A stretch of 64,000 nucleotides of DNA, taken from Eledone cirrhosa. Taxonomy: Eukaryota. Numbering within the stretch: the first letter of the stretch is position 1; every line of letters starts with the position of its first letter. The notes under the pieces were generated by a model that searched no databases, was not told the origin of the DNA, and saw nothing but the letters and a program-made list of their open reading frames with translations. Both the position numbers and the translations under genes were made by a program. Positions 52,122-64,000 of this stretch are shown here, piece after piece. The stretch is from NCBI GenBank assembly GCA_964016885.1, contig OZ024740.1, forward strand, positions 425,134,001-425,198,000. Direction: 5' to 3'.

Positions 52122-52660
52122 TCAACATTTGAAGAAAATGGTAAACACCGCAACATATTTCTCGCATCCTCCTCCTCCAGCTCTGTGACAACAGAAACTT
52201 TTGAAATCAGCCAAGCCTGTCAACAAGACAACAATAATAACAATGATACAAATAAAACCCCAAGGATCTCCAGTGTATAGGAGACGAGAGAAAGGGGCTT
52301 TAGAACAATAAATAACAGTTTTAGATGTACAAGTAAAATGTTCTTGTTGTAACGTGTTCGGAACAAGAAAAGGATTAGGGTTGGGAGAATCTGAAGAGCT
52401 GCGGATTACGAGATCACGCGTATTGGGGACCTCTCTGAAGGAACATGGGGAGGTGATGGAGTCTAAGCGAAGGAAGCGGAAGGTACGTAGAATACGTGTG
52501 GAAACTGAGAAAGAAGGATAAGAAGTCAAGGGCAGGGCACGAGCCGGGAATGGAGCTGAAGTGCTATCAACGTTGCAGAAGAAAGGCGCTGTGAAGAATG
52601 ATCTGTGAGTAGCCTCTCCACACAAAATACACGGCACTTCGGTGGGACTAGGACTCAAAA
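52122..52660 (-). mobile_element. Decayed Penelope-like GIY-YIG region
   Basis: RALPLTSYP...NTRDLVIRS...FTCTSKTVIYC...LYTG. Confidence 0.6.
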
Positions 52661-52864
52661 TTTTGGCCCTTACTGTATATATTTATGATTCTGGATTTCC
52701 TTCTCAGCTTCCCTCCCTCTTGTCAGAAAGGCCCAGCAAAAATGTAATGGGCATTCATCTTTTTAATACACCAAGAATGTACTTTAACTTTTAACTTATT
52801 TTCTTTTTAAATTGCTTACGATAACTCTTTCTTTCGTTAAGAGTCAGCGAGGATGACTTTTATG

Positions 52865-53225
52865 TGGTTAGCTAGAAATAGCAGTCAAATCTCCCTCAGA
52901 TCTCATCATACCACCTTTAAAAAATACATTGAATGATGTAGTTGTAAGATGAACTCTATTTGGAAAAAAAAAAGAAAAACAAGACTGGATGGTCATGGTT
53001 GGCATAACCTTTATTATAGGTCTGTTTGCTCCAAAACAAAAGCAACAAGCCAAGTTTCCTCATGGTCATGCCATATGCTAGAAATAGCAGTTAAATATTC
53101 TTTAAACCACACCAAACCATATTTGAAAAAGGATGAACATCTTTGAATCAAATATGGGATGGTTATGGCTGGAAAACATTTCACTATAGGTCTCCTTTAT
53201 TAGAGCTAATTATAAATAAAACTAG
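52865..53225 (+). mobile_element. Two copies of an older SINE-like repeat (family 2); related copies at ~31550, ~36850 and ~51800
   Basis: Shared GCTAGAAATAGCAG(T/C)CAAATCTCCCTCA...GATGGTCATGG motif. Confidence 0.55.
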
Positions 53226-53940
53226 ACAATGACTTTTTTCCTCGCTCTTTACTATTTTCTCCATTTTCTCATTTCTCTTTCATTTTTACCGACTTCTTTT
53301 TCTTTCATTTTTCTTTCTTTCATCTTTACTCTCTCATTCTTCTTTTTCTTTCATTTTTCTTTCATTTTTCTTTCTTTCTTTCTTTCTTTCTTTTCTCTCT
53401 CTTTCTTTCACCATTGCTCTCTCACTCTTCTCTTTCTTTATTACTTTCTTTCTCTCTTTCTTTCACCTTTACTCATCCTTTCTTTCTCTTACCCACCCCT
53501 CTATCTCTCTCTTTCTCTCTTTCTTTCTTTCTTTCTTTCTCTTATTCTTATTTTTCTTTCATTTTCTCTCCTCCTAATATATTTTCCCCCCCTTTCCTTC
53601 CCCAGTTTTTAATATTTTAAATTGAATTTCATCGTATTTCTTTCCTCCATATTTTCATTCATTCTTTCTTTACTTTTTCTTCATTTCTATTTATTTCCTT
53701 TCTATCATCCTTTCTTTCTATCTTACAATTTTCTTCTTCCTTAATTTCCTTTTCTGCCTCCACTTCACATTTGACTATTATTTCGTTTCTTTCTTTCGCT
53801 TCTACAGTGTATCTAGTATTGAACTATGAGACTTTCGGGGGTGGGGATCAGATGAGAGAGCGTGTGTGTGTGTATCTGTGTGTCTGAGTGTGTTTATGTA
53901 TATGTACGAGAGAGGGAGAGAAAGAGAGTGAGATATCAAG

Positions 53941-53973
<33 letters not shown>

Positions 53974-54037
53974 CAGAGATAGAGAGAGAAAGAGATAGAT
54001 ACAAATAGAGATGGAGAGAGAAAGGGGGAGAGAGACA

Positions 54038-54120
<83 letters not shown>

Positions 54121-54511
54121 GGAGATAGAGGAGAGAGAGAGAGAAAGAGAGAGAGATAGAGATAGAAAGAGAGAGAGAAAGATATATACATATATATATA
54201 TATATGTATATATATAGAAAGAGATAGAGAGAGAGAGAGAGGGAGAGAGAGAGAGAGAGAGAGAGAGGAGGGGAGATAGAGAAATAGAGATAGGGAAAGA
54301 AAGGGAGAGTGGTGTTGGGCTGGAGGTATGTCATCATACACAGATGTTTATCACAGAAAAGCCGCTTCTATAAACAATGTGAATACTACTTCAACCTAAA
54401 CCCCACTCCCTTACATTATTTATCGAGTGTCAATCATTATCTCACACAACCATATCTCTCCCTACTTCTTTCTCTCCCTCCTTCAACTTACTCCCAGAAT
54501 TCACTTCTCTC

Positions 54512-54556
<45 letters not shown>

Positions 54557-54648
54557 AGTGTGTGAGTGTGTGTTTCAGTGTATATATATATATATATATA
54601 TATATCATTATATTTATATATACATTATAAATAAGTATATATATATAA

Positions 54649-54762
<114 letters not shown>

Positions 54763-54993
54763 ACATATATATATAACAATTAAATCGTGAGAAAGTCATT
54801 TCAACCATTGTAAAACATACACAAACTGTTAACTAGACTTTAAGTGTAAGGTACACTTAAGAGGTTTTGTGGGGTTCTTTAATGGCTAAAACGATACTTC
54901 CACGATATAATTGCATCACATCCACTATACAATCTCTGATCAAGTCACTTGCTAGACAGGTGCAACTCCGAAATATTATATATATATATATAT

Positions 54994-55184
54994 AGGGCGG
55001 TGGATTGGCAGTATCGGTAGAGGGTCGGGCAGCATGCTTTGCAGCAAAGACTTACGGCCCTTTATGATCTGAGTTCAAATCCCGCCGAGGTTAACTTTGC
55101 CTTTCATCCTTACGGGGTCGATAAAATAAAGTACTAGTAATGCACTGGTTAATTTCTGGCCTTGTGTCAAAAGTAAAAACAATT
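54994..55184 (+). mobile_element. SINE family 1, full length
   Basis: A box TGGCAGTATCGG, B box GAGTTCAAATCC, core and tail. Confidence 0.9.
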
Positions 55185-55241
55185 ATATATATATATGGAG
55201 AGGGTCATATCAAAAACCTCGTAAAACTAATTCATCGCCGT

Positions 55242-55273
<32 letters not shown>

Positions 55274-55309
55274 TATGTATTTATTTATTCATCTTCGTTA
55301 ATTTTAATC

Positions 55310-55362
55310 GGCACATGTTGAAGAAGTTGGTCCTCAGGACTAACGAAACGCGCGTCTGTAGC
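55310..55362 (+). ncRNA. Degenerate hammerhead-like motif
   Basis: UUGAAGA-a-GUUGGUCC uca GGACUAAC-GAAAC GCGC GUC. C3 is replaced by U and stem I is poor. Confidence 0.4.
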
Positions 55363-55952
55363 AACCAGCCTTAATAATTATATATATATATATATACTTG
55401 AAATATACTTTGAAACACTATACGCATTTCAATGGCTCAGTTACATCAATCGATCATGACGTAATACTGTGGATTGTAAGATTAGTTAATCGATAGAATC
55501 AATGACAGCTTGTGTTCTCTGTAAATGGGTAAGATCTGGCTTACTTCCCCTTTGATGTCATTCATCAGAGAGAGTTTAAGGTTTACTACTACATCACTTG
55601 TATTCAACAACCTGGTGTACTACATAATCATACGAAATGTTCCATGTTCCTGACTAATTACGTAATGTGTACTAACATTACCTAATATCTGCATATTGTG
55701 GCTCCATTCGGATCACCGCCGGCAGATGGGAATCGCAGAAAGGGTTGTATGTGTGAGTATATATAAAATACGTTGATAAAACAACAGTGAGGTGTTCAGA
55801 TGTTTGTTCAAAGCTCAAATGTGGTTTATTTAATATCCAGAATAACGAGAGATATTTCAGCGGTAAAGTTGGTTTAATTCCGGCCATCTTAGATTTAAAC
55901 CACAGAGCATATATTAATAATGAAATAATTCGCCAAAATCAAAAGTTAATAC

Positions 55953-56066
<114 letters not shown>

Positions 56067-56295
56067 TCTGTGTGTGTGTTTCTCGTAAACTTGCTACTTA
56101 GCTAAGGAAACCTTTTGTTGAGTCAAACAACGCCGTATGTTAAAACTATCCATAGAACAGAGTACTCACAACCTCTAACTGGATTACCTAAAACGATAAC
56201 TTGTTATCCCATATATATATATATATATATATGTCCCAAGGCTCTGATACCATCAACACTATACACACAGAGCTGGCATATCTAAGAACTGACTA

Positions 56296-56351
56296 ACTGC
56301 CTGATGAGGTCATAGCCATTCAATAGCTATCATCGAAATATATATAGCAGT
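56296..56351 (+). ncRNA. Type I minimal hammerhead motif followed by AATAAA
   Basis: ACUGC-CUGAUGA-GGUcAUAGC..GCUAUcAUC-GAAA-UAUAUA-UA-GCAGU. Confidence 0.78.
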
Positions 56352-56693
56352 AAATAAAGGATTCGGTCTTGTTAAATGTTTAATTTCTATTACCAACCCA
56401 CCTAAAAAATTTCCCTACTATATATCTGTTGAATTACTATTCTTGGGGTTTTTATTTATTTATTTTTTATTTATTTCTTTATTTATTTTATTTATTTATT
56501 TATTCATTTATTTATTTATTTACTTATTTATTTATTTCAATAACGCACTCTGGCTAATTGACCACTCCCCATAGAAAAAACGGCCTGTGCCATGAAGTGG
56601 TCCTGTGTATCTAAATACCCCCCCCCCCCCCATCCACCACCCCTCCCTTGCCACTACCTAAATGTATAAATACCAGAACTTAATATGACACCC

Positions 56694-56744
56694 AGCTTCC
56701 AGAAGATTTCATCTGAATGAAACAGTACTAGTCCTGTAGAAGCT
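56694..56744 (+). ncRNA. Variant type I hammerhead motif (core CAGAAGA)
   Basis: AGCUUC-CAGAAGA-uUUC aucu GAAu-GAAA-CAG uacuaguc CUG-UA-GAAGCU. Confidence 0.6.
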
Positions 56745-56854
56745 CCTTCTATAAAATAAAAAAAATTTTACTCTGCCATGTATTGAGTACCTTACTTACT
56801 GTGGTTATCCCCGACTCAACCCGGGACCTACGTATATATATATATGTGAATACG

Positions 56855-56886
<32 letters not shown>

Positions 56887-56915
56887 AATATATATATATA
56901 TATATATATATGTGA

Positions 56916-57061
<146 letters not shown>

Positions 57062-57157
57062 GTATTTATTTATTTATAACTACATATTTGAATATATATA
57101 TGTGCACATATATATATATATATGTATATATATATTTATTTATATACTCACACAGAC

Positions 57158-57188
<31 letters not shown>

Positions 57189-59019
57189 CATATATGTATG
57201 TATATATATGTATGTTTGTATGTGCAAAATAAACCAAATAAAAAATACTACTCATGGATGAATATACCAATAAAGAGAAATAATGTTGAGACGAAGATAA
57301 AAAGACATATAAGTGAATGAAAAAGAGATGAGGGAGGATTGACCGAGATAAAAAGACAAGTGGAAAACATGGAAGAAAGAGAGGAATATACTGGGAAGCA
57401 AAACTTCCGATGAGATAGTAATCCAGATTTAAAATACCATTAGTCTTTGAAACGATCAAAATGGTCTATTTGTACAGCCATTTTCTACAACCAACACCGT
57501 CGCCTCTCCCTGACAAAGCACTTGCTTGTGTTTCTTTAAAGAATAAGTAAATTTTCATGCCGTTATGATTCCATCTAGAAATGGGCTGTCTATTGTAAAT
57601 GATTACATGATAAATCGAAATTTGCTGAATTTTCATGCATTTTGTCAAACTGCAGTTTGAAACGAAACATAAACTGCGATTTGGATTTCTATGTAAAGGA
57701 AAATATAACACTAGTGTGAGATATATAGAAAAATGAGATTATAATGTGTGAAATATTGTGTGATAAGACAGAAAGAAAGAAAGGAGGAAATGAAAGAGAG
57801 AGAGTGACTGAGTGATAATGTGAATACTCATATTACTGTGATATATCAACTTTACAGTGAAAGATATATTAATGCTGGAATGATTTTACTGTAATGATAA
57901 TTTTACTGTATGTTGCTATGGTGATTCTATTACAGATGTGTTACTGTTGCGATGCTATTACTACGATACCAATTTGGTTTATTCCAATAAAATATGGTTT
58001 TCTTAAGACAGGCACAAGGTCTCAAAATTATGAAGGAAGGAACGAAACTGCTCTTCAGTAAAAGCAATAACGACATAAATGAAATCAAAAACTATTTGTG
58101 GAACCAAATCAGCAAATGCATTATCACTTCTGTACTCTTTGCACGTAGGTTTTGACGTTTATAAATCTGATCAATGAAAAAAAATCGATGTTCTTGAATA
58201 GACACGTATGACATTTGTGAAGGGATTCGCATTTAAGAATGTAAAATAAGATATGAAAAAAATTGTTCCTTTTTTTTTTGACTAGGTACAAATATTTTAT
58301 TGTCTGGTGAGAGACAGGGAAATATGAATTTAACGCTTACTTGTCATGTAAAAAATGTTGACATAAATCATCGTTTGATTCTCTGGAATATACCGAAAAA
58401 TATATAAAAGACATTAAGAGCGACGCGAATGGACATCGTTATAAAATAATAGGTATCATTGATGTGGCTTCCATGAATGACAATACAATTTTACTAAAAC
58501 TGGTCGGTAAATAGAGATTATAATAGCGAGAATATAGAATATAGACACCAGTATAGTTCCACTCGTTATATGAATTTCCAATACTTACAGAATGACACGG
58601 GATTGTTAAGCTTGGAATGGAACCCCAAAACACTGGATGGCTACCTTTCGTTCAGAAGAGATTACCCCCAAGAAGTCTGCAAACATTCAAAGAAAACAAG
58701 ATAAGCAACCTAAGCAGCGATGGAGTCTATTTAACAGGATAATAGTGATGGTGATTATTACGGATGAAAATGATAATAATTATAATAAAGTTGGTGACGA
58801 TAAGGACGATGATAATAGTAATCATAATGATATAAAACATTTATACTTACGAGGGTCGACTATAAAGTTCATAGGCTGAAGAGTTCATAGGCTGATTAAC
58901 ATTTTCTCGTGAAATATTTATTTTAAAAAAAGCTCATCCACAGCAAAAGTGAGTCAAAGCAACTGAAACACTTCACATCGCAAAATAATACCGAATTTTC
59001 TGTAAATACTTGTATAAGA

Positions 59020-59555
59020 GTTGTAGGACATATGGTGCTGATATCTTTCGTAAATACACGAAGATATAAGAGTTGTGGAACATGTGGTGGTGATATCTTT
59101 CGTATATATATGAAAATATAGCAGGTGTGGGACATATAGTGGTGATATCTTCCGTAAATATATGAAGAGATGGTAGGTGTGTGATATATAGTAATGATAT
59201 ATTTAGTAATACATGTAGATATAGCAGGTGTGGGACATATGGTGGTGATATCTTCCATAAATATACGAAGAGATGGTAGTTGTGGGATATATAGTGGTAA
59301 TATCTTTCGTAAGTACAAGAAAAGATAGCAGGTATTGGAGATAGTGGTGATATCTTTCGTAAATATGTGAACAGATAGTAGTTGTGGGATATATAGTGGT
59401 GATATCTTCCGTAAATATATGAACAGATAGTAATTGTGGGATATATAATGGTGATATCTTTCATAGATACATGAAGAATTATCAGTTGTGGGATTCCGTA
59501 AATATATGAAAAGATAGCAGTTGTGATATATTTGTTGTGATATAGTGGTGATAAC
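59020..59555. repeat. Degenerate ~52-bp minisatellite, ~10 units
   Basis: Recurring GTTGTGGGATATATAGTGGTGATATCTT(C/T)CGTAAATATATGAA. Confidence 0.8.
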
Positions 59556-59842
59556 TTTAACTGTCTTAGAACTGGTTTCGGGATAAAATTAAAAAGTAGA
59601 CAATTTCTTAAAATATAAGACGTCATGCAAGAAAAGGTTATGATGATGCACAACATGTCTCCTTTGCAGAGAATATAACACCAGCCAAAATAGAACTTAC
59701 TTCTGTGATCGAATCAGAATACAGAGAAATAGATGCTGAAAATGTATTGGGGGAACAATTATTTGCGGGAATAGTGGATTGGAAATATTTCCATCGTATA
59801 TATATATGTACATATTATACATATATATATTTATATTATTTA

Positions 59843-60300
59843 TAGAGGGTCGGACCCCATGCTTTGACGTATAGAGTTACGGCCCTTGCCATTCTGAGTT
59901 CAAATCCCGCCGAGGTTAACTTTGCCTATCATCCTTACGGGGTCGATAAAATAAAGTACCAGTAATGTACTGGTTAATTGCTGGCCTTGTGCCAATAGTA
60001 GAAACAATTATTTATTACATTATTTATTTATAAGGGCGGTGGATTGGCAGTATCGGTAGAGGGTCGGACGCCATGCTTTCCAGCATAGTTACGTCCCTTT
60101 ACGATCTGAGTTCAAATCCCGCCGAAGTTGACTTTGCCTTTCATCCTTACGGGGTCGATAAAATAAAGTACCAGTAATGCACTGGGTAATTGCTGGCCTT
60201 GTGCCTAAAGTAGAAACAATTATGACGGGGTCGATAAAATAAAGTACCAGTAATGTACTGGGATAATTGCTGGCCTTGTGCCAAAAGTAGAAACAATTAT
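59843..60300 (+). mobile_element. Tandem SINE family 1 cluster (two copies plus a duplicated 3' part)
   Basis: Copies at ~59843-60010, 60032-60222 and 60224-60300. Confidence 0.9.
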
Positions 60301-60463
60301 TTATTATATTAGAAGAAGAAGATATATGTACAAGAGACGATCCATAATACAGGAAATAAATGAAAAAAAAAGAAACATTTTATATGAAACCATAACAATT
60401 CTCTTTAATGAGATGCGAAAATATACATAAGGAACTTCCGGTTTGACCACTATTATAAAGACA

Positions 60464-60626
60464 ATAATTGCTTCTACTTTTGGCACAAGGCCAGCAATTA
60501 CTCCAGTACATTACTGGTACTTTATTTTATCAACCCCGTAAGGATGAAAGGTAAAGTTAACCTCGTCGAGATTTGAACTCAGACCGTAAAGGGACGTAAC
60601 TCTATGTAGGAAAGCATGGTGTCTGA
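60464..60626 (-). mobile_element. SINE family 1
   Basis: Core and tail on the minus strand. Confidence 0.85.
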
Positions 60627-60790
60627 TTTTCCTATCTGCTTCGTAGAATTAATACGTATGTGAGGACCTTGCGATTTTCAGAGTCAGGTTCGATCATCAC
60701 ATCGATCGTGCCTCGAGCTGGTCGCCAGAGAAACGATTGTAATATGTCCAATAAATTCCATTCGTTGCAACACTGATTCTCTTTTTTTCT

Positions 60791-60868
<78 letters not shown>

Positions 60869-61619
60869 GGGTGATTGAATACACACCTATTTTTCTGTGA
60901 TATATATATATATAATGGGTGATTGAATACACACCTATTTTTCTAAAAGAAAAGAGATTTCGTTTATTCCTCTTTTCACTCTCTATGTTTCTATTTCCCC
61001 TTTTATTTCTCATTTTATTTTCTGATGATAGACTACTGTCCGAAATGTTAAGACTCTTTTACTTCTATATCAAGTGTTAAACTAATATATTTCTACATTA
61101 TGCTGTGTCATTTGTTTTCATATTTCAGTTTATTTTTTGCACCCACCCCCTTATATATATAAATATATATATATTTATATATATATATGTATACATCGAG
61201 CAACCAACTCGCTAAAAAGCTGTTAACTCTTGATTCAAGCAGATATAATGTTAGTGCCTATAACTCGTGGTTCAATTTTCATATCTTCAGACATCACTGG
61301 TAGTAAATAAATCATAAACCATTAGGAGTGTATAAGACAAAATAAATGGTACGGTCTTCAATCTATTACCCTCATGTTGAGGTCCCTTCACAAATCAGGA
61401 ACCACGACTATTTGCAGTTTCCATTGCTATTTACATTTATATATACATTCACAGACATACATACACACACATACACGGAGACACATATATATGATATATA
61501 TATGATGTATATATATGTATGTATATATGCATGTATGTATGTATATATAAAGAGCAAAGGGCGCTTAACTCATGTAGTAATCGTTGTGAAAACGTCCTAA
61601 CATACAGTGTATGTGTGTG

Positions 61620-61703
<84 letters not shown>

Positions 61704-61833
61704 CTATACATATGTATATATATATACATATATATATGTATATATATATGTATATAAATCAAAAAATATATGTATATATATATACATGTACATACATATA
61801 TATATATATATATAATGTGTATGTATGTATATA

Positions 61834-61942
<109 letters not shown>

Positions 61943-62304
61943 GACACTAAGTGTGGTGATGTAAAGGTCTTTCTAGTGTTAGTACAAGTTTGATTTTCCT
62001 AGTGTTGATTACTTTTATGTTATTTTCTGTTTTTTATACAGTAGCGATTAAATGCCACAACATGATCCAGCCATTCGCAGTTCAGGAAATGATTTTTCTT
62101 GCTTTATTTCTATAGTTTTTGGCAGATCTTTGTTCAGTTTCTTTTTGGATATTTTGTTATTATTTTGTTAAACGAGAGTAGTTCTAACACGGTTTTATCC
62201 CATAATTCCAGGTTTCTGGATAATAAAGTTAAACAGCCAGAGGAGACAACGCAACAGAACATTTCTGTTGAGTTGTGCCCTCACTAATGGCTTTACGTGA
62301 TATG

Positions 62305-62398
<94 letters not shown>

Positions 62399-62429
62399 AG
62401 TATATATGTATATATATATATATATACAT

Positions 62430-62518
<89 letters not shown>

Positions 62519-62567
62519 CTTATATATATATATATATAAGTATTATATATATATATATATATATAAG

Positions 62568-62598
<31 letters not shown>

Positions 62599-62600
62599 AG

Positions 62601-62637
<37 letters not shown>

Positions 62638-63398
62638 GTATTATATATATATATATACATATATATAGATATATAAGTATATATATATATATATTTATAT
62701 ATAAGTATATGTATACACATATATATATCACTGTTACTTTAAATGCATAAATATACAGATGACATGTAAACTAGGCTGAGTGAAATGCATCTGCGATATA
62801 CAACAGAGAATATGGAGGACAAAAAAGAAAACAAACCCACCAATAATCCAAAACACAGAAAATATTCCTGCTAGCATCATATTTAGGAAAAAACAATCGC
62901 AAAAATTTTGTAATGATTTATTAAGAAGTTAATATTGAAACATGGCATGGCAGAAGAAGAATGGATGATATGAGAGAGACTTTAGAGAAAAAGAACAAAA
63001 AAATGGCTTCTGACATTTAGCTACGTTCGTTTATCTTTATAGATCAAATTGCATCGGGTCCACTTTGTCTGTTATGATTCTGGGGTGTTTCTACCCTTAT
63101 TGATCATATATCAACATCGTATGAACAGACATATAACCGAAGATTACATAATGTAATATGTCATTCAAGTTTTAACAAGAAAATGTATCATCCACGAGAC
63201 GTTTAGCTGCTATTTCTAACAGGTCGTTTCTTTTGTGTTTGCTAAATTAAGCAGTTGAGAAGTAATGAATTCGATTTAATTGATTGTATCCTACACCTAA
63301 ATAATTGATTGGTACTAATCAATATATACTTTTACCCTTTTCAATCAAGGAACTGTGGCCTGCATCTGTCAACTATTTAGTTGACACACACACAAAAG

Positions 63399-63460
<62 letters not shown>

Positions 63461-63470
63461 ATATAGAAAT

Positions 63471-63522
63471 GGCTTCTACAGGACTAGAACTGTTTCATTC
63501 GGAAGAAATCATCAGGAAAGCC
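63471..63522 (-). ncRNA. Type I hammerhead motif with canonical core, homologous to the 56694 copy
   Basis: GGCUUUC-CUGAUGA-uUUC uucc GAAu-GAAA-CAG uucuaguc CUG-UA-GAAGCC. Confidence 0.7.
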
Positions 63523-63721
63523 GACTGTCAATGTAATATGGTAGTATATATACATACATATATATATATACATACATATATATATATATGGAACTATAAC
63601 GGTTATATGCCCCCTATCATAAATGCAAACAAGGTGACTTCAAACGCTAGACATGAGTCAAACATTTACCGTCCATACACTTAAACCCGGCGTTACCTGT
63701 AATATAAATACCACATAAATA

Positions 63722-63975
63722 CCAAAGTTAACCTCGGCAGGATTTGAAGTCAGACCATAAAGGGCCGTAACTCTTTGCTGCAAAGCATGGCATCCGGCCC
63801 TCTACAGATACTGCCAATCCACCGCCCTAGTAGATAATGGTTTCTGATTTAGACAGAAGGCCAACAATTGCGGGAGGTAGGGAAAGTCGATTACAGCGAA
63901 CCCGGTAAGTGACTGGTACTTTATTTTATTGACCCCGGAGGGATGAAATGCAAAGCTATCCTCGGTGGGTTGAAC
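63722..63975 (-). mobile_element. Two SINE family 1 pieces
   Basis: Head at 63722-63828; core and tail at 63836-63975. Confidence 0.8.
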
Positions 63976-64000
63976 TACTTCTTAAATAAATAATGATTTC

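Noticed and set aside
54994-55090. tRNA genes at SINE heads
   Set aside because: A and B boxes are present, but there is no cloverleaf and they are always followed by the SINE core and tail.
58923-59656. 227-aa and 131-aa ORFs
   Set aside because: They overlap a degenerate minisatellite and show no protein motif.

Overview
Repeat-saturated eukaryotic genomic DNA with no recognisable host protein-coding exon. The SINE family, Tx1/Dong/RTE/Penelope mix and huge (TA)n/(GATA)n load suggest a cephalopod such as Octopus (inference). The first 21.5 kb holds three related Tx1-clade (L1-group) LINEs next to microsatellites: A (+, ORF2 intact, 3' end at (ATT)n), and B and C (-, full length but frameshifted, flanked by (GATA)n). 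It also holds a 5'-truncated Dong/R4 element in (TAA)n and a decayed HERO/NeSL-like fragment. The rest contains about 20 tRNA-derived SINEs, Helitrons, Penelope-like elements, RTE fragments, a long-TIR element with GC-rich cargo, and a 3.4-kb 32-bp satellite with higher-order structure. Best observation: in all three Tx1 copies a consensus splice donor AG|GTAAGT lies at the end of ORF1. In B and C the ORF2 stop codon TAG is also a candidate splice acceptor (TAG|G). The whole of ORF2 therefore looks like one excisable intron, which would give an ORF1-only mRNA; in B splicing rebuilds the same ORF1 C-terminus and a stop codon. Second observation: several hammerhead-ribozyme motifs, including a CAGAAGA core variant with a U.U stem II closing pair in two different repeats, and a retrozyme-like tandem. 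Splicing and ribozyme activity are predictions from sequence only. Repeat boundaries are approximate.
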